Source of the DNA: Alphaproteobacteria bacterium
Lineage (GTDB): Bacteria > Pseudomonadota > Alphaproteobacteria > Micavibrionales > UBA2020
NCBI GenBank assembly: GCA_046314385.1
Contig: JBKBWZ010000001.1
Span: forward strand, 863,991 to 927,990
Length of the DNA stretch: 64,000 nucleotides
Direction of reading: 5' to 3'
The notes under the pieces were generated by a model. It saw only the letters and a program-made list of their open reading frames with translations, was not told the DNA's origin and made no database searches. Below are positions 56,428 through 64,000 of this stretch, piece by piece. Numbering within the stretch: position 1 is the first letter of the stretch; each line of letters begins with the position of its first letter. The position numbers and the translations under genes were made by a program.

Positions 56428-57005
56428 GCCAGCCCCGCAGAAAGATCGTCCAGGACCTGAAGAGATTCTGTGACGCGCAGCGCATAAGGCTGATCCCCCA
56501 CAACCATGATCGCGGCGGACCGATGACCGCGCACATCGCCGCCCGCCGCAATCCCCGCGGCCAGTGCGGCAAACAACCGGCGACGCAGCGGTGCTTGCAT
56601 ATCGTTCATAAATGCTTTTTCCATCGCAACCAAAGTTTTATCGGAAGACAGCATATTGCCCGCCAGTGCGTGATGCGGCTTGCCAATATGGCCCGCCCAG
56701 TGCAGGCACTGCGTACCGGTCATGATGCCGATATCGCCATCTATCGGCACGATGATGATTTGACGCATTTCGATTTTACGGTCTTCGCTTCTTAACACTT
56801 CGATAATATCGGGCCCGCCACTGCCGGCGCGGAGCATTTCGAGCGCCCGCGCGCCCACTTCGCGGTCGCCCTTCGCCTGCACGGAGACAATACCAAAGCG
56901 ATCATCTACATAAAGACTACCCTGCGCACAATCATCCGAACCACTGGCCATCGCCACGCCGATATGCCGCGTATAGGGGTTTCTGGCGATCAGTGTCAGT
57001 GTCAT
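56424..57005 (-). CDS. DUF1028-family (Ntn-hydrolase-fold) protein
   Basis: MTLTLIARNP N-terminus (Thr2), WAGH, and AAGGDVRGHRSAAIMV, consistent with DUF1028 as I recall it. Confidence 0.7.
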   Translation of the reverse strand: MTLTLIARNPYTRHIGVAMASGSDDCAQGSLYVDDRFGIVSVQAKGDREVGARALEMLRAGSGGPDIIEVLRSEDRKIEMRQIIIVPIDGDIGIMTGTQCLHWAGHIGKPHHALAGNMLSSDKTLVAMEKAFMNDMQAPLRRRLFAALAAGIAAGGDVRGHRSAAIMVVGDQPYALRVTESLQVLDDLSAGLA

Positions 57006-57026
57006 CGAAGTCTTCCGCCTCCGCCG

Positions 57027-58775
57027 TCAATCTTTTGCACGGCACCAGAATTGATACATACCACTGAAGGTTTCAGTATGTAACATCTCGAATGCATGCC
57101 ATTGGTCTAGATTAACGAGATTCGCATCCGAACCATGCATATCATTGAAGGCTTTAAAAAAAAGGGGTGGCAAATTGAACCCCATGAAGTCGAGCCCAAG
57201 ATTTTCGAGCATTCCTGAAATCTGAGGAAGATCGAAACGATGCTCTTGAACATGAAATAACAAATCGCAGAATGTCGACATTTGATAGTAATCACTACTC
57301 TCGCGAAGCTTACGCAGTGCCTCATAGGGAAGAAGTTCATCAGCGCGCTGCCGAAATTCATTCATTCCCGCGCGCGTTGCGACAAATCCTTTATCTCGGA
57401 TAATATCACGTGCTGCAACTACGCTACGACGACCAGCTTCACTGTATAATCCTATACGCATGAGTCCTTTGGGTTTGAGCAGACCTCTCAGAGCCGCCCA
57501 ACCCGCAAAAGGGTTCTCCATATGGTGAAGCACACCGGAACTGAGGATGTAGTCATACCTCTCTGAACGGACTGCCAGTTGCAAAATATCAGCCTGTGCA
57601 AATTCGACATTCGAAAGTCCCAGATCCTGCGCACGAGCGGCGGCATAAGATAGACTGGTCTTGCTCAAGTCGATTGCAAGAATTTTTGCCTCCGGAAAAA
57701 CGGCGCCTGCAAGAGCAGCCTCGTAGCCTGTACCGCACCCGGCATTAAGAATACTGCCGTTCTCAGAGACTGTTCGTTCGGCTTCGCCCAAAACAGTATC
57801 ATGTGGCAAGCAATTCCATCTGGGATAAGGGAAAGATTCATATTGTTCCTGCACTTTGCCAGAAATCGAATCTTCAATAGGCGTAAGTGAGGTAAGATTT
57901 TTTTTAATCTCAGCAAGGCGCGCAGCCTCTCGCACCTGAAGATCTGCTAGCGGTATAAGCGCCGTCTCGGTATCACACACTTCCATCAGCGCAGAAGTTT
58001 CAGAAATTCTGCCGAGACTTTCATAACATGCAAATATAGCAATTTCTTCGGCGCGCGCACCTGATGGGTTTTCTGATAGACTTTGATGCATTGCTGCAAT
58101 CAGAGCCTCCTCCTCAGGAGTCGTTCCAAAAATATACTCCGTATAGAAACAATAACGAGACAAAGCAGCAGCAGTAAGTAGAAAATTATCTCGCCGCCAG
58201 AGAGAAGAACCAGAGGATAAATCCCTGAGCAAAGAGGCGCGCAAATTAGTGAGCGCTCTTTCAAAATCCCAATCGGGAAGAACTAGTCTTTTCAATCCAG
58301 CAATAAATAAAGTATTTGCCGTCAAGGCTGCCTTTTCTTCACTGTCGTAAACTGTATTTGGCGAAACCAAGACAGAAAGCTCGGGGTTGCTACGCAGAAG
58401 GGCAAGCCAAAGAGGATAAAGACTATCCGTGTTAATCTCCGGCTGCGCAAGACAGGCCTCTACCGCCTTTGCCATACCGGGATTGAATTGCGTGAAGGAA
58501 AAACTAAGCTTGGCCGCACACAACGAAAAGGCAATCAGATAGGCTTTTTCATCCGGCTTGTGCGCAATCGCCAAGACCAGCAGGCCGAGCGCTTCCTGAA
58601 ACTCGCTGCGCAGCATGCATACATCTGCAAGCATGCCGAGAGCGGCGTGGTCGTTCTCATCTTCTTCCAGCGCTTTTTCTAGCCACTCTTCGGCAGCGTC
58701 GATATCATTTTCCAGCAGACAAAGCACCGCTTTATCGCGCGGCTTGAGATTTTTTTGCAAATGTTGATTAGACAT
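57027..58775 (-). CDS. TPR-like N-terminal domain fused to class I SAM-dependent methyltransferase
   Basis: SAM motif ILNAGCGTGYEA and YDYILSSGVLHHM. Hand-counted lines are ~42-48% GC versus ~58% in the flanking GS-like gene. The start overlaps the GS-like stop by 8 nt. Confidence 0.8.
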   Translation of the reverse strand: MSNQHLQKNLKPRDKAVLCLLENDIDAAEEWLEKALEEDENDHAALGMLADVCMLRSEFQEALGLLVLAIAHKPDEKAYLIAFSLCAAKLSFSFTQFNPGMAKAVEACLAQPEINTDSLYPLWLALLRSNPELSVLVSPNTVYDSEEKAALTANTLFIAGLKRLVLPDWDFERALTNLRASLLRDLSSGSSLWRRDNFLLTAAALSRYCFYTEYIFGTTPEEEALIAAMHQSLSENPSGARAEEIAIFACYESLGRISETSALMEVCDTETALIPLADLQVREAARLAEIKKNLTSLTPIEDSISGKVQEQYESFPYPRWNCLPHDTVLGEAERTVSENGSILNAGCGTGYEAALAGAVFPEAKILAIDLSKTSLSYAAARAQDLGLSNVEFAQADILQLAVRSERYDYILSSGVLHHMENPFAGWAALRGLLKPKGLMRIGLYSEAGRRSVVAARDIIRDKGFVATRAGMNEFRQRADELLPYEALRKLRESSDYYQMSTFCDLLFHVQEHRFDLPQISGMLENLGLDFMGFNLPPLFFKAFNDMHGSDANLVNLDQWHAFEMLHTETFSGMYQFWCRAKD

Positions 58776-60111
58776 TGAGCAGCAGATTCTCCCTCTCCCA
58801 TGACGAAATGACCGCATTATAGGCTTTGTATTCGGTCTCTTTGATCGCAATCAGGGCACGGCAGAAGCGTTCGCCGAGCATTTCCTGCAGCGGCTTGCTG
58901 GCTCTGAATTTCTTGAGCGCATCGAACTGGTGCGTTGGCAGAGAGTGGCCTTTCTTATAGGCGCTGCCCTTGATTTGCTCGGTCGGCTCCAGACCTTCGA
59001 TCATGCCCAGCAAACCGCAAGCCAACGTGGCAGAAATCGCCAGATAGGGGTTGCCGTCAGCACCGGGCAGGCGGTTTTCGACACGGCGGCCTTCCGGCTT
59101 GGCGATCGGCACGCGCAGGCCGGCGGTGCGGTTATCCAGCCCCCATTCCACGTTGATCGGGCTGTCGGTTTCCTTGTGGCCAAAGCGGCGATAGGAATTG
59201 ACGTTGGGCGCAAACAAAGGCAGCGCCGCCGGCAGATAACGCTGAAGCCCGCCGACATAATGACGGAAGAGCTGCGAGTCAGAACCGTCTTCGTTGGCGA
59301 AAATATTCGCGCCGGTTTTCAGATCCACCACGCTTTGGTGAATGTGCATGGCGCTGCCCGGCTCTGTCTGCATCGGCTGCGCCATAAAGGTTGCATAAAC
59401 GCCATGACGCAGCGCGACTTCGCGTGCCGTGCGCTTGAACAGGAAAGCCTGATCGGCCAGCTCCACGGGGTCGCCGTGGTTGAAGTTGACCTCCAGCTGC
59501 GCCGCGCCCGCTTCATGGCTGAGGGTATCGATATCGACGTTCTGCTCTTCGCAGTAATCATAGATGTCTTCAAAGATCGGGTCGAATTCATTGACGGCAT
59601 CGATACCGTAAGCCTGACGGCCGCTTTCCTGACGGCCACTGCGGCCCACGGGCGGTTGCAGCGGAATATCGGGATCGGTATTGACGGCCACCAGATAGAA
59701 TTCCAGCTCCGGCGCCACAACCGGGCTCCAGCCACGGTCATTGAATTCTTTGATAAGGCGCTTGAGCAGCTGGCGCGATGACAAAGGCACCGGCGTATCG
59801 TCACCGTTGAATGCATCGCAAATAATCTGCGCCGTCGGTTCCTGATACCACGGCACCAGGCGGATGGAATCTTCGTCCGGCTTCATATACACATCGCCGA
59901 GCGAGGCGCTGATCAGATCGCCATCCGGATAATCGCCGGTGACGGTCTGGATGAAAATAGACTCGGGGATCGGCATGCCGCGCTCGCGCAGAATGCGCAG
60001 CAGCTTGTCCGCCGGCAGGATCTTGCCGCGCGCGATGCCGGACATGTCCGGTATCAGGCATTCCACTTCCGTTATTTCGTGTTCTCGGATAAACTGCTCC
60101 AGCTTGTCCAT
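58768..60111 (-). CDS. Glutamine synthetase-family gamma-glutamyl-amine ligase (PuuA-like)
   Basis: 447 aa reading APELEFYLV, NFNHGD, MHIHQS and NRTAGLRVP. Only the C-terminal part of the 627-aa ORF is coding. Confidence 0.88.
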   Translation of the reverse strand: MDKLEQFIREHEITEVECLIPDMSGIARGKILPADKLLRILRERGMPIPESIFIQTVTGDYPDGDLISASLGDVYMKPDEDSIRLVPWYQEPTAQIICDAFNGDDTPVPLSSRQLLKRLIKEFNDRGWSPVVAPELEFYLVAVNTDPDIPLQPPVGRSGRQESGRQAYGIDAVNEFDPIFEDIYDYCEEQNVDIDTLSHEAGAAQLEVNFNHGDPVELADQAFLFKRTAREVALRHGVYATFMAQPMQTEPGSAMHIHQSVVDLKTGANIFANEDGSDSQLFRHYVGGLQRYLPAALPLFAPNVNSYRRFGHKETDSPINVEWGLDNRTAGLRVPIAKPEGRRVENRLPGADGNPYLAISATLACGLLGMIEGLEPTEQIKGSAYKKGHSLPTHQFDALKKFRASKPLQEMLGERFCRALIAIKETEYKAYNAVISSWERENLLLNV

Positions 60112-60172
60112 GACAAACCCCTTGATATGATGATTTTTGAGACCTCCCCTTGCAGGAAGCCTTACCCCAAAG

Positions 60173-61468
60173 ATGCCCAAGAAATATGAAAACGTAAAGG
60201 AGTACCACGACCCTTGGTATGCTTTGACAGCCAATCGGCTGCTTGTGACTCTAGGCGTGCTCCAGGGCGAGGTCAACTGCGATGTGTGCGTGGTGGGTGC
60301 CGGTTTTACGGGACTTTCTGCCGCACTGGAGTTATCGCAGAGGGGATTCAATGTTGTCGTTCTGGAAAAAGGCAATGTCAGCGGCCTCGCCTCCGGCCGC
60401 AACGGCGGACACCTCCAGCGCGGCTTTAGCCAATCGCCCGGCTGGCTGATCCGGCAATACGGGTTCGAGACGGCAAAATTTCTCTGCAATGTTTCGCTCG
60501 AAGGCCTTGGCCTGATGCTGATGCGCATGGCGGAGCATGACATAAAATGCGATTTGAAATTCGGCCACCTCACCGCCGCGACAAAGCCAAAGCATGAAGC
60601 CGAGCTGAAGGCAGATATCCGCGACTGGCAAAAACTCGGGCACAAAGACATCGACTGGTGGGACGAAAAAACGGCGCAGGAAACCGTTTTGACCGGCGCC
60701 TATACCGGCGGCCTCTTTGATGCCAAGGGGGGGCATTTCCATCCCCTTAATTACGCCCTTGGCCTTGCGCAGGCTTTTCAGAAACAGGGCGGACGGATTT
60801 ATGAACAAACCGCCGCCGTCGATATCATCCCCGGCGAAACAAACCGTGTCACGACGTCATCGGGCGGCAGCGTGCTGGCCAAATTCGTGGTACTGGCCGG
60901 AGTGACGGGCATGAAAGGCCTTGCGCCGCTGCGCAAAACATCGATGGCGGTCACCGCCCATATGATTGCGACAGAGCCGCTGAGCGAGACGCGCAAACAA
61001 CAGATCATGACCCGCGATATCGCCGTGGCCGATGCCCGCTTTATCATGGATTATTACAGATTTTCAAGCGACAACAGGCTTTTGTTCGGCGGAAACTGTA
61101 ACTACAGCGACCGTGAATATGCCGGCGAGGATACGCGCCTGCGCGAGCGGATGACAACGCTCTTCCCGCTTTTGAAAATGACGCGGATCGACCATTGCTG
61201 GCGCGGACCGCTGGATCTGACCATGAACCGCATTCCGCATCTGGGCCGCCTGACACCGCAAATATACTTCGCACATGGCTTTGGCGGACAAGGCGCGATC
61301 CTGACGCATATTCTGGGCAAAATCATGGCCGAGGCCGTCGCAGGGACCGCCGAGAGATTTGACGTTTTCGCCAAAATGCGGCACAACCCTTTTCCGGGCG
61401 GCGATTTGCTCAAACGCCCGCTCTTTGTCGCGGCCATGACATGGTACCGGCTGCGCGATATGCTCTAG
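60173..61468 (+). CDS. FAD-dependent oxidoreductase (PuuB/DAO-like)
   Basis: [17 protein letters not shown] dinucleotide-binding motif. Divergent from the GS-like gene. Confidence 0.85.
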   Translation: MPKKYENVKEYHDPWYALTANRLLVTLGVLQGEVNCDVCVVGAGFTGLSAALELSQRGFNVVVLEKGNVSGLASGRNGGHLQRGFSQSPGWLIRQYGFETAKFLCNVSLEGLGLMLMRMAEHDIKCDLKFGHLTAATKPKHEAELKADIRDWQKLGHKDIDWWDEKTAQETVLTGAYTGGLFDAKGGHFHPLNYALGLAQAFQKQGGRIYEQTAAVDIIPGETNRVTTSSGGSVLAKFVVLAGVTGMKGLAPLRKTSMAVTAHMIATEPLSETRKQQIMTRDIAVADARFIMDYYRFSSDNRLLFGGNCNYSDREYAGEDTRLRERMTTLFPLLKMTRIDHCWRGPLDLTMNRIPHLGRLTPQIYFAHGFGGQGAILTHILGKIMAEAVAGTAERFDVFAKMRHNPFPGGDLLKRPLFVAAMTWYRLRDML

Positions 61469-61515
61469 CTTTACCTGAAGAAAAACAAACAAGAATAAGA
61501 AATTTCGAGGCAATT

Positions 61516-61854
61516 ATGACCTATGTCGTCACCGACGTCTGCATCAAATGCAAATATACCGACTGCGTCGAAGTCTGCCCCGTGGATTGTTTCTACGAGG
61601 GGGAAAACATGCTGGTGATTAATCCGGATGAATGTATCGATTGCGGCGTCTGCGTCCCCGAATGCCCGATTGACGCGATTGTGACCGATATTGACGCGCG
61701 CGCCGAAAAATTTCTGGAGCTGAACCGCGAATACTCCACAGGCGCATGGCCCGTCCTGACGCGCAAAAAACCCGGCCTGCCCGAAGCCGAGGAATTTAAA
61801 AACGTTTCGGATAAAATCAAATACTTCAGCCCTGAACCGGGTGAAGGAGATTAA
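61516..61854 (+). CDS. fdxA: 7Fe ferredoxin (FdxA type)
   Basis: [26 protein letters not shown]...[12 protein letters not shown]. Confidence 0.92.
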   Translation: MTYVVTDVCIKCKYTDCVEVCPVDCFYEGENMLVINPDECIDCGVCVPECPIDAIVTDIDARAEKFLELNREYSTGAWPVLTRKKPGLPEAEEFKNVSDKIKYFSPEPGEGD

Positions 61855-62094
61855 CTAGTTCGGGCCGCCTTCTCCGTCACCCTGCCCTTTGCGCCCGCCG
61901 TTACGCTTGCGCACCTTGACAGGCTTGAGTACGGCAATACCGCCCTCGTCTTTTTGGGCCTCTGTCATGGGTCTTTTCGGCGCCTGCCCATCAGGCGGCA
62001 CATATCCCGCTGGATGCCCCATCAGCCCTGAAAGATCGACAGGCGATGCAGTATGGTTACGCGCCGCGACGTTAAAAGCTTTCTTTGAACTCAT
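61855..62094 (-). CDS. Possible small basic Gly/Pro/Lys-rich protein (79 aa)
   Basis: GGAG RBS 8 nt upstream of the ATG at 62094. Low-complexity sequence with no homology recognised. Confidence 0.3.
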   Translation of the reverse strand: MSSKKAFNVAARNHTASPVDLSGLMGHPAGYVPPDGQAPKRPMTEAQKDEGGIAVLKPVKVRKRNGGRKGQGDGEGGPN

Positions 62095-62362
62095 CCACGA
62101 CTCCAATATTGTTTGCATAATAATATCACAACAAGATTAATAAAATGTGACAGGCGCGCCGCGGAACCAATCGGGTAAAACGGCTGTTTTCAAGCCATAA
62201 AGATGCCGAATTAACTTAAATTTAAGAATTTTCTTGAATTTTTATGGCATTTCAGATATGGTCTTTCTTGAATGGCATAATTGTCGCCGCCGGGCAGAAC
62301 GCCCACCAGATACTTGATTAAACAGACTTTTCTGTGAACAGACGTTTTTATAGTGAGGCACA

Positions 62363-63241
62363 ATGGCAAAGACATCCAAAGCGAAGGCAAAACCGGTTAA
62401 AAAGCCCGCGGCCAAAACCGCAGCCAAAACGGTAAAGAAGCCTTCCGCCGCCGCCAAGCCGGTCGCAAAAGCCAAACCGGTCGCCAAAAAACCGACCCCT
62501 GTCGCCAAGAAATCAAAACCGGCTCCGGCGCCCAAGGCGGCTGCCAAACCGGCTGTCAAAAAGCCCGCACCCGCGCCGGTCAAGGCCGCTGCCAAAAAAG
62601 CAGCCCCCGCCCCCGTTGCCGCGAAGCCGAAGCAGGCCCCCGTCAAAGCCAAAGCGGCCGAGCCGTCGAAGCTTCCGCTCGGTGTCAAAAAGCCCGCGCC
62701 TACGGTGCAGGCCCTTGCGCCGATGCCCGAGGCCCCCAAAAAGCCGGAGAAATTCGACTTCGCAGCTGGCGATTTCGTGGTGTATCCCGCACATGGCGTT
62801 GGCTTTGTCGAAGGCGTCGAGACCCAGACCATCGCCGGCATGGAAATTACACTTTACACCATTTGTTTTGAAAAAGACCGCATGCGTCTGAAATTGCCGA
62901 TTTCCAAAGTGAAGGCTTCCGGCCTGCGCAAGCTGTCGTCCAAAGACCGTCTGAAAGACGCGCTGGCCACATTGCAGGGCCGTTCGCAGACCCGCCGCAT
63001 CATGTGGAGCCGCCGCGCGCAGGAATACGAAGCAAAAATCAACTCGGGCGACCCCGTTTCTATCGCAGAAGTGCTGCGTGACCTGAAACGTGAAGGCGAC
63101 CAGTCCGAACAATCCTACAGCGAACGCCAGATTTATCAGGCCGCGCTGGAGCGTCTTGCCCGCGAAGTTGCCGCGATCGAGAAAATCGACGAGAAAAAAG
63201 CCGCCGAAAAGCTTGAGGCTGTTCTTTCCAACGTCGCCTGA
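62363..63241 (+). CDS. CarD/CdnL-family transcriptional regulator with 130-aa N-terminal Ala/Lys/Pro-rich extension
   Basis: The CarD_TRCF domain starts at FAAGDFVVYPAHGVGFVEGVE. Residues 1-130 are AKP low complexity (KPVAKAKPVAKKPTPVAKK...). Confidence 0.88.
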   Translation: MAKTSKAKAKPVKKPAAKTAAKTVKKPSAAAKPVAKAKPVAKKPTPVAKKSKPAPAPKAAAKPAVKKPAPAPVKAAAKKAAPAPVAAKPKQAPVKAKAAEPSKLPLGVKKPAPTVQALAPMPEAPKKPEKFDFAAGDFVVYPAHGVGFVEGVETQTIAGMEITLYTICFEKDRMRLKLPISKVKASGLRKLSSKDRLKDALATLQGRSQTRRIMWSRRAQEYEAKINSGDPVSIAEVLRDLKREGDQSEQSYSERQIYQAALERLAREVAAIEKIDEKKAAEKLEAVLSNVA

Positions 63242-63270
63242 CCTCTCGATATTTCTTTAAAGGATACAAC

Positions 63271-63528
63271 ATGAAACCGGCAAAAAACGAACCGTCCAGA
63301 AAAGACGACGACAGCATCGAGATTGATGATGCCACGGCTGCTTTTCTTAAAGAACGGGCGCGTCTTTGGTTAGAAGGAAAGATAGATTCTTCCCAAGTCG
63401 TTACGGCCGAAGAGTTTAAAAAAGCAATGGACAAGATGAAAGCCGAGGGTGATAAAGTTATCGCCGAAGTCGAAAAACGCTTTCCGCAAATCAAAAAAGG
63501 CCGCGGCGGCAAACCACCTGGCCCTTGA
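63271..63528 (+). CDS. Small hypothetical protein (85 aa)
   Basis: AAAGGA RBS 7 nt upstream. Charged helical sequence followed by a terminator. Confidence 0.45.
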   Translation: MKPAKNEPSRKDDDSIEIDDATAAFLKERARLWLEGKIDSSQVVTAEEFKKAMDKMKAEGDKVIAEVEKRFPQIKKGRGGKPPGP

Positions 63529-63554
63529 TAGACTTGCGCTTTGCGCATATTTTT

Positions 63555-63586
63555 AAAAAAGCGGCTGTACAATCAGCCGCTTTTTT
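63555..63586 (+). terminator. Rho-independent terminator
   Basis: AAAAAAGCGGCTG-tacaat-CAGCCGCTTTTTT. Confidence 0.75.
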
Positions 63587-63608
63587 ATCGCCCGGAGAAA
63601 ATCTTCCC

Positions 63609-63962
63609 ATGACCCCGCATAAAATTTACGGAATCAAAAACTGCGACAGTATGAAGAAAACCTTTGTCTGGCTGGACAAACACGGCGTCGTCTATGACTT
63701 TCACGATTATAAAAAATCCGGCGCGGATGAAGCTGTGCTAAAAGCCGCCATCAAAGCCCACGGCTGGGAAAACGTCATCAACCGCAAAGGCACGACATGG
63801 CGTGCCCTGCCCGAAAAGCTGCGAACAGATATGACCGAGAAATCGGCGCTCGCCGCGGCGCTCGATAATCCGTCGCTGGTGAAACGCCCCCTGATCGTCT
63901 CTGGCAAAGACATCCTGCTCGGCTATGACGAGGCCCAGTTCAAAACGCTCCTCAAACCCTGA
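63609..63962 (+). CDS. ArsC/Spx-family reductase-like protein (YffB type)
   Basis: IYGIKNCDSMKK N-terminal Cys motif and LVKRPLI. 117 aa. Confidence 0.85.
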   Translation: MTPHKIYGIKNCDSMKKTFVWLDKHGVVYDFHDYKKSGADEAVLKAAIKAHGWENVINRKGTTWRALPEKLRTDMTEKSALAAALDNPSLVKRPLIVSGKDILLGYDEAQFKTLLKP

Positions 63963-64000
63963 GCCTGCTGTTTTCCCTATTGGAATGCCCCTCGGTTGGG

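Noticed and set aside
62242-62841. 199-aa minus-strand ORF opposite the CarD-family N-terminal extension
   Set aside because: This is an antisense artefact of the GC-rich AKP-coding repeat. Its Gly/Ala/Phe-rich translation continues into the antisense of the well-supported CarD domain.
1-64000. Search for CRISPR arrays, tRNA/rRNA genes, IS elements, integrases (other than xerD) or prophage modules
   Set aside because: Reading the intergenic regions by eye, I found no regularly spaced direct repeats, no tRNA-like T-arm or anticodon-arm patterns, no terminal inverted repeats flanking a transposase-like ORF, and no phage structural genes. This is an eye scan only, not tRNAscan, Infernal or ISfinder.

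Overview
All calls below were made by eye from the ORF track and the raw sequence. No database search was run, so family names come from motif recognition. The window looks like a chromosomal segment of a moderately GC-rich alphaproteobacterium: hand-counted lines in backbone genes are about 58% GC, and the J-protein-cobS-cobT triad, short RNase D, RHH_4-type protein and aroK-aroB-xerD neighbourhood fit that group. The backbone is housekeeping: rimP-nusA-infB-rbfA-truB-rpsO, pnp, lptD, a DEAD-box helicase, deoC plus a fused aldehyde dehydrogenase, coaBC, aroK-aroB, xerD, accA, cobS/cobT, hisS, sufE, clpX, fdxA and a CarD/CdnL-family regulator. I recognised no rRNA, tRNA, CRISPR array, transposase or prophage gene. 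Several blocks between these genes could not be assigned. The best candidates for an undescribed system are: (1) a minus-strand cassette at 23.5-27.7 kb, made of a TelA-family gene followed by two apparently paralogous proteins with no recognisable domain, sitting next to a nucleotidyltransferase plus DEDDy exonuclease pair at 27.9-29.9 kb; (2) a translationally coupled five-gene operon at 55.1-60.1 kb (GS-like gamma-glutamyl ligase, TPR-methyltransferase, DUF1028, ankyrin, thiamine pyrophosphokinase); (3) a lipoprotein-GH130-PAP2 operon with an unannotated 47-aa Cys-rich peptide at 31-33.5 kb. Other observations include an AsnB-like protein that has lost both catalytic signatures, a CarD-family protein with an N-terminal histone-H1-like tail, a low-GC GIY-YIG insertion between cobS and cobT, and a 4.6-kb insertion splitting rpsO from pnp. 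I cannot tell from sequence alone which of these, if any, is truly novel.
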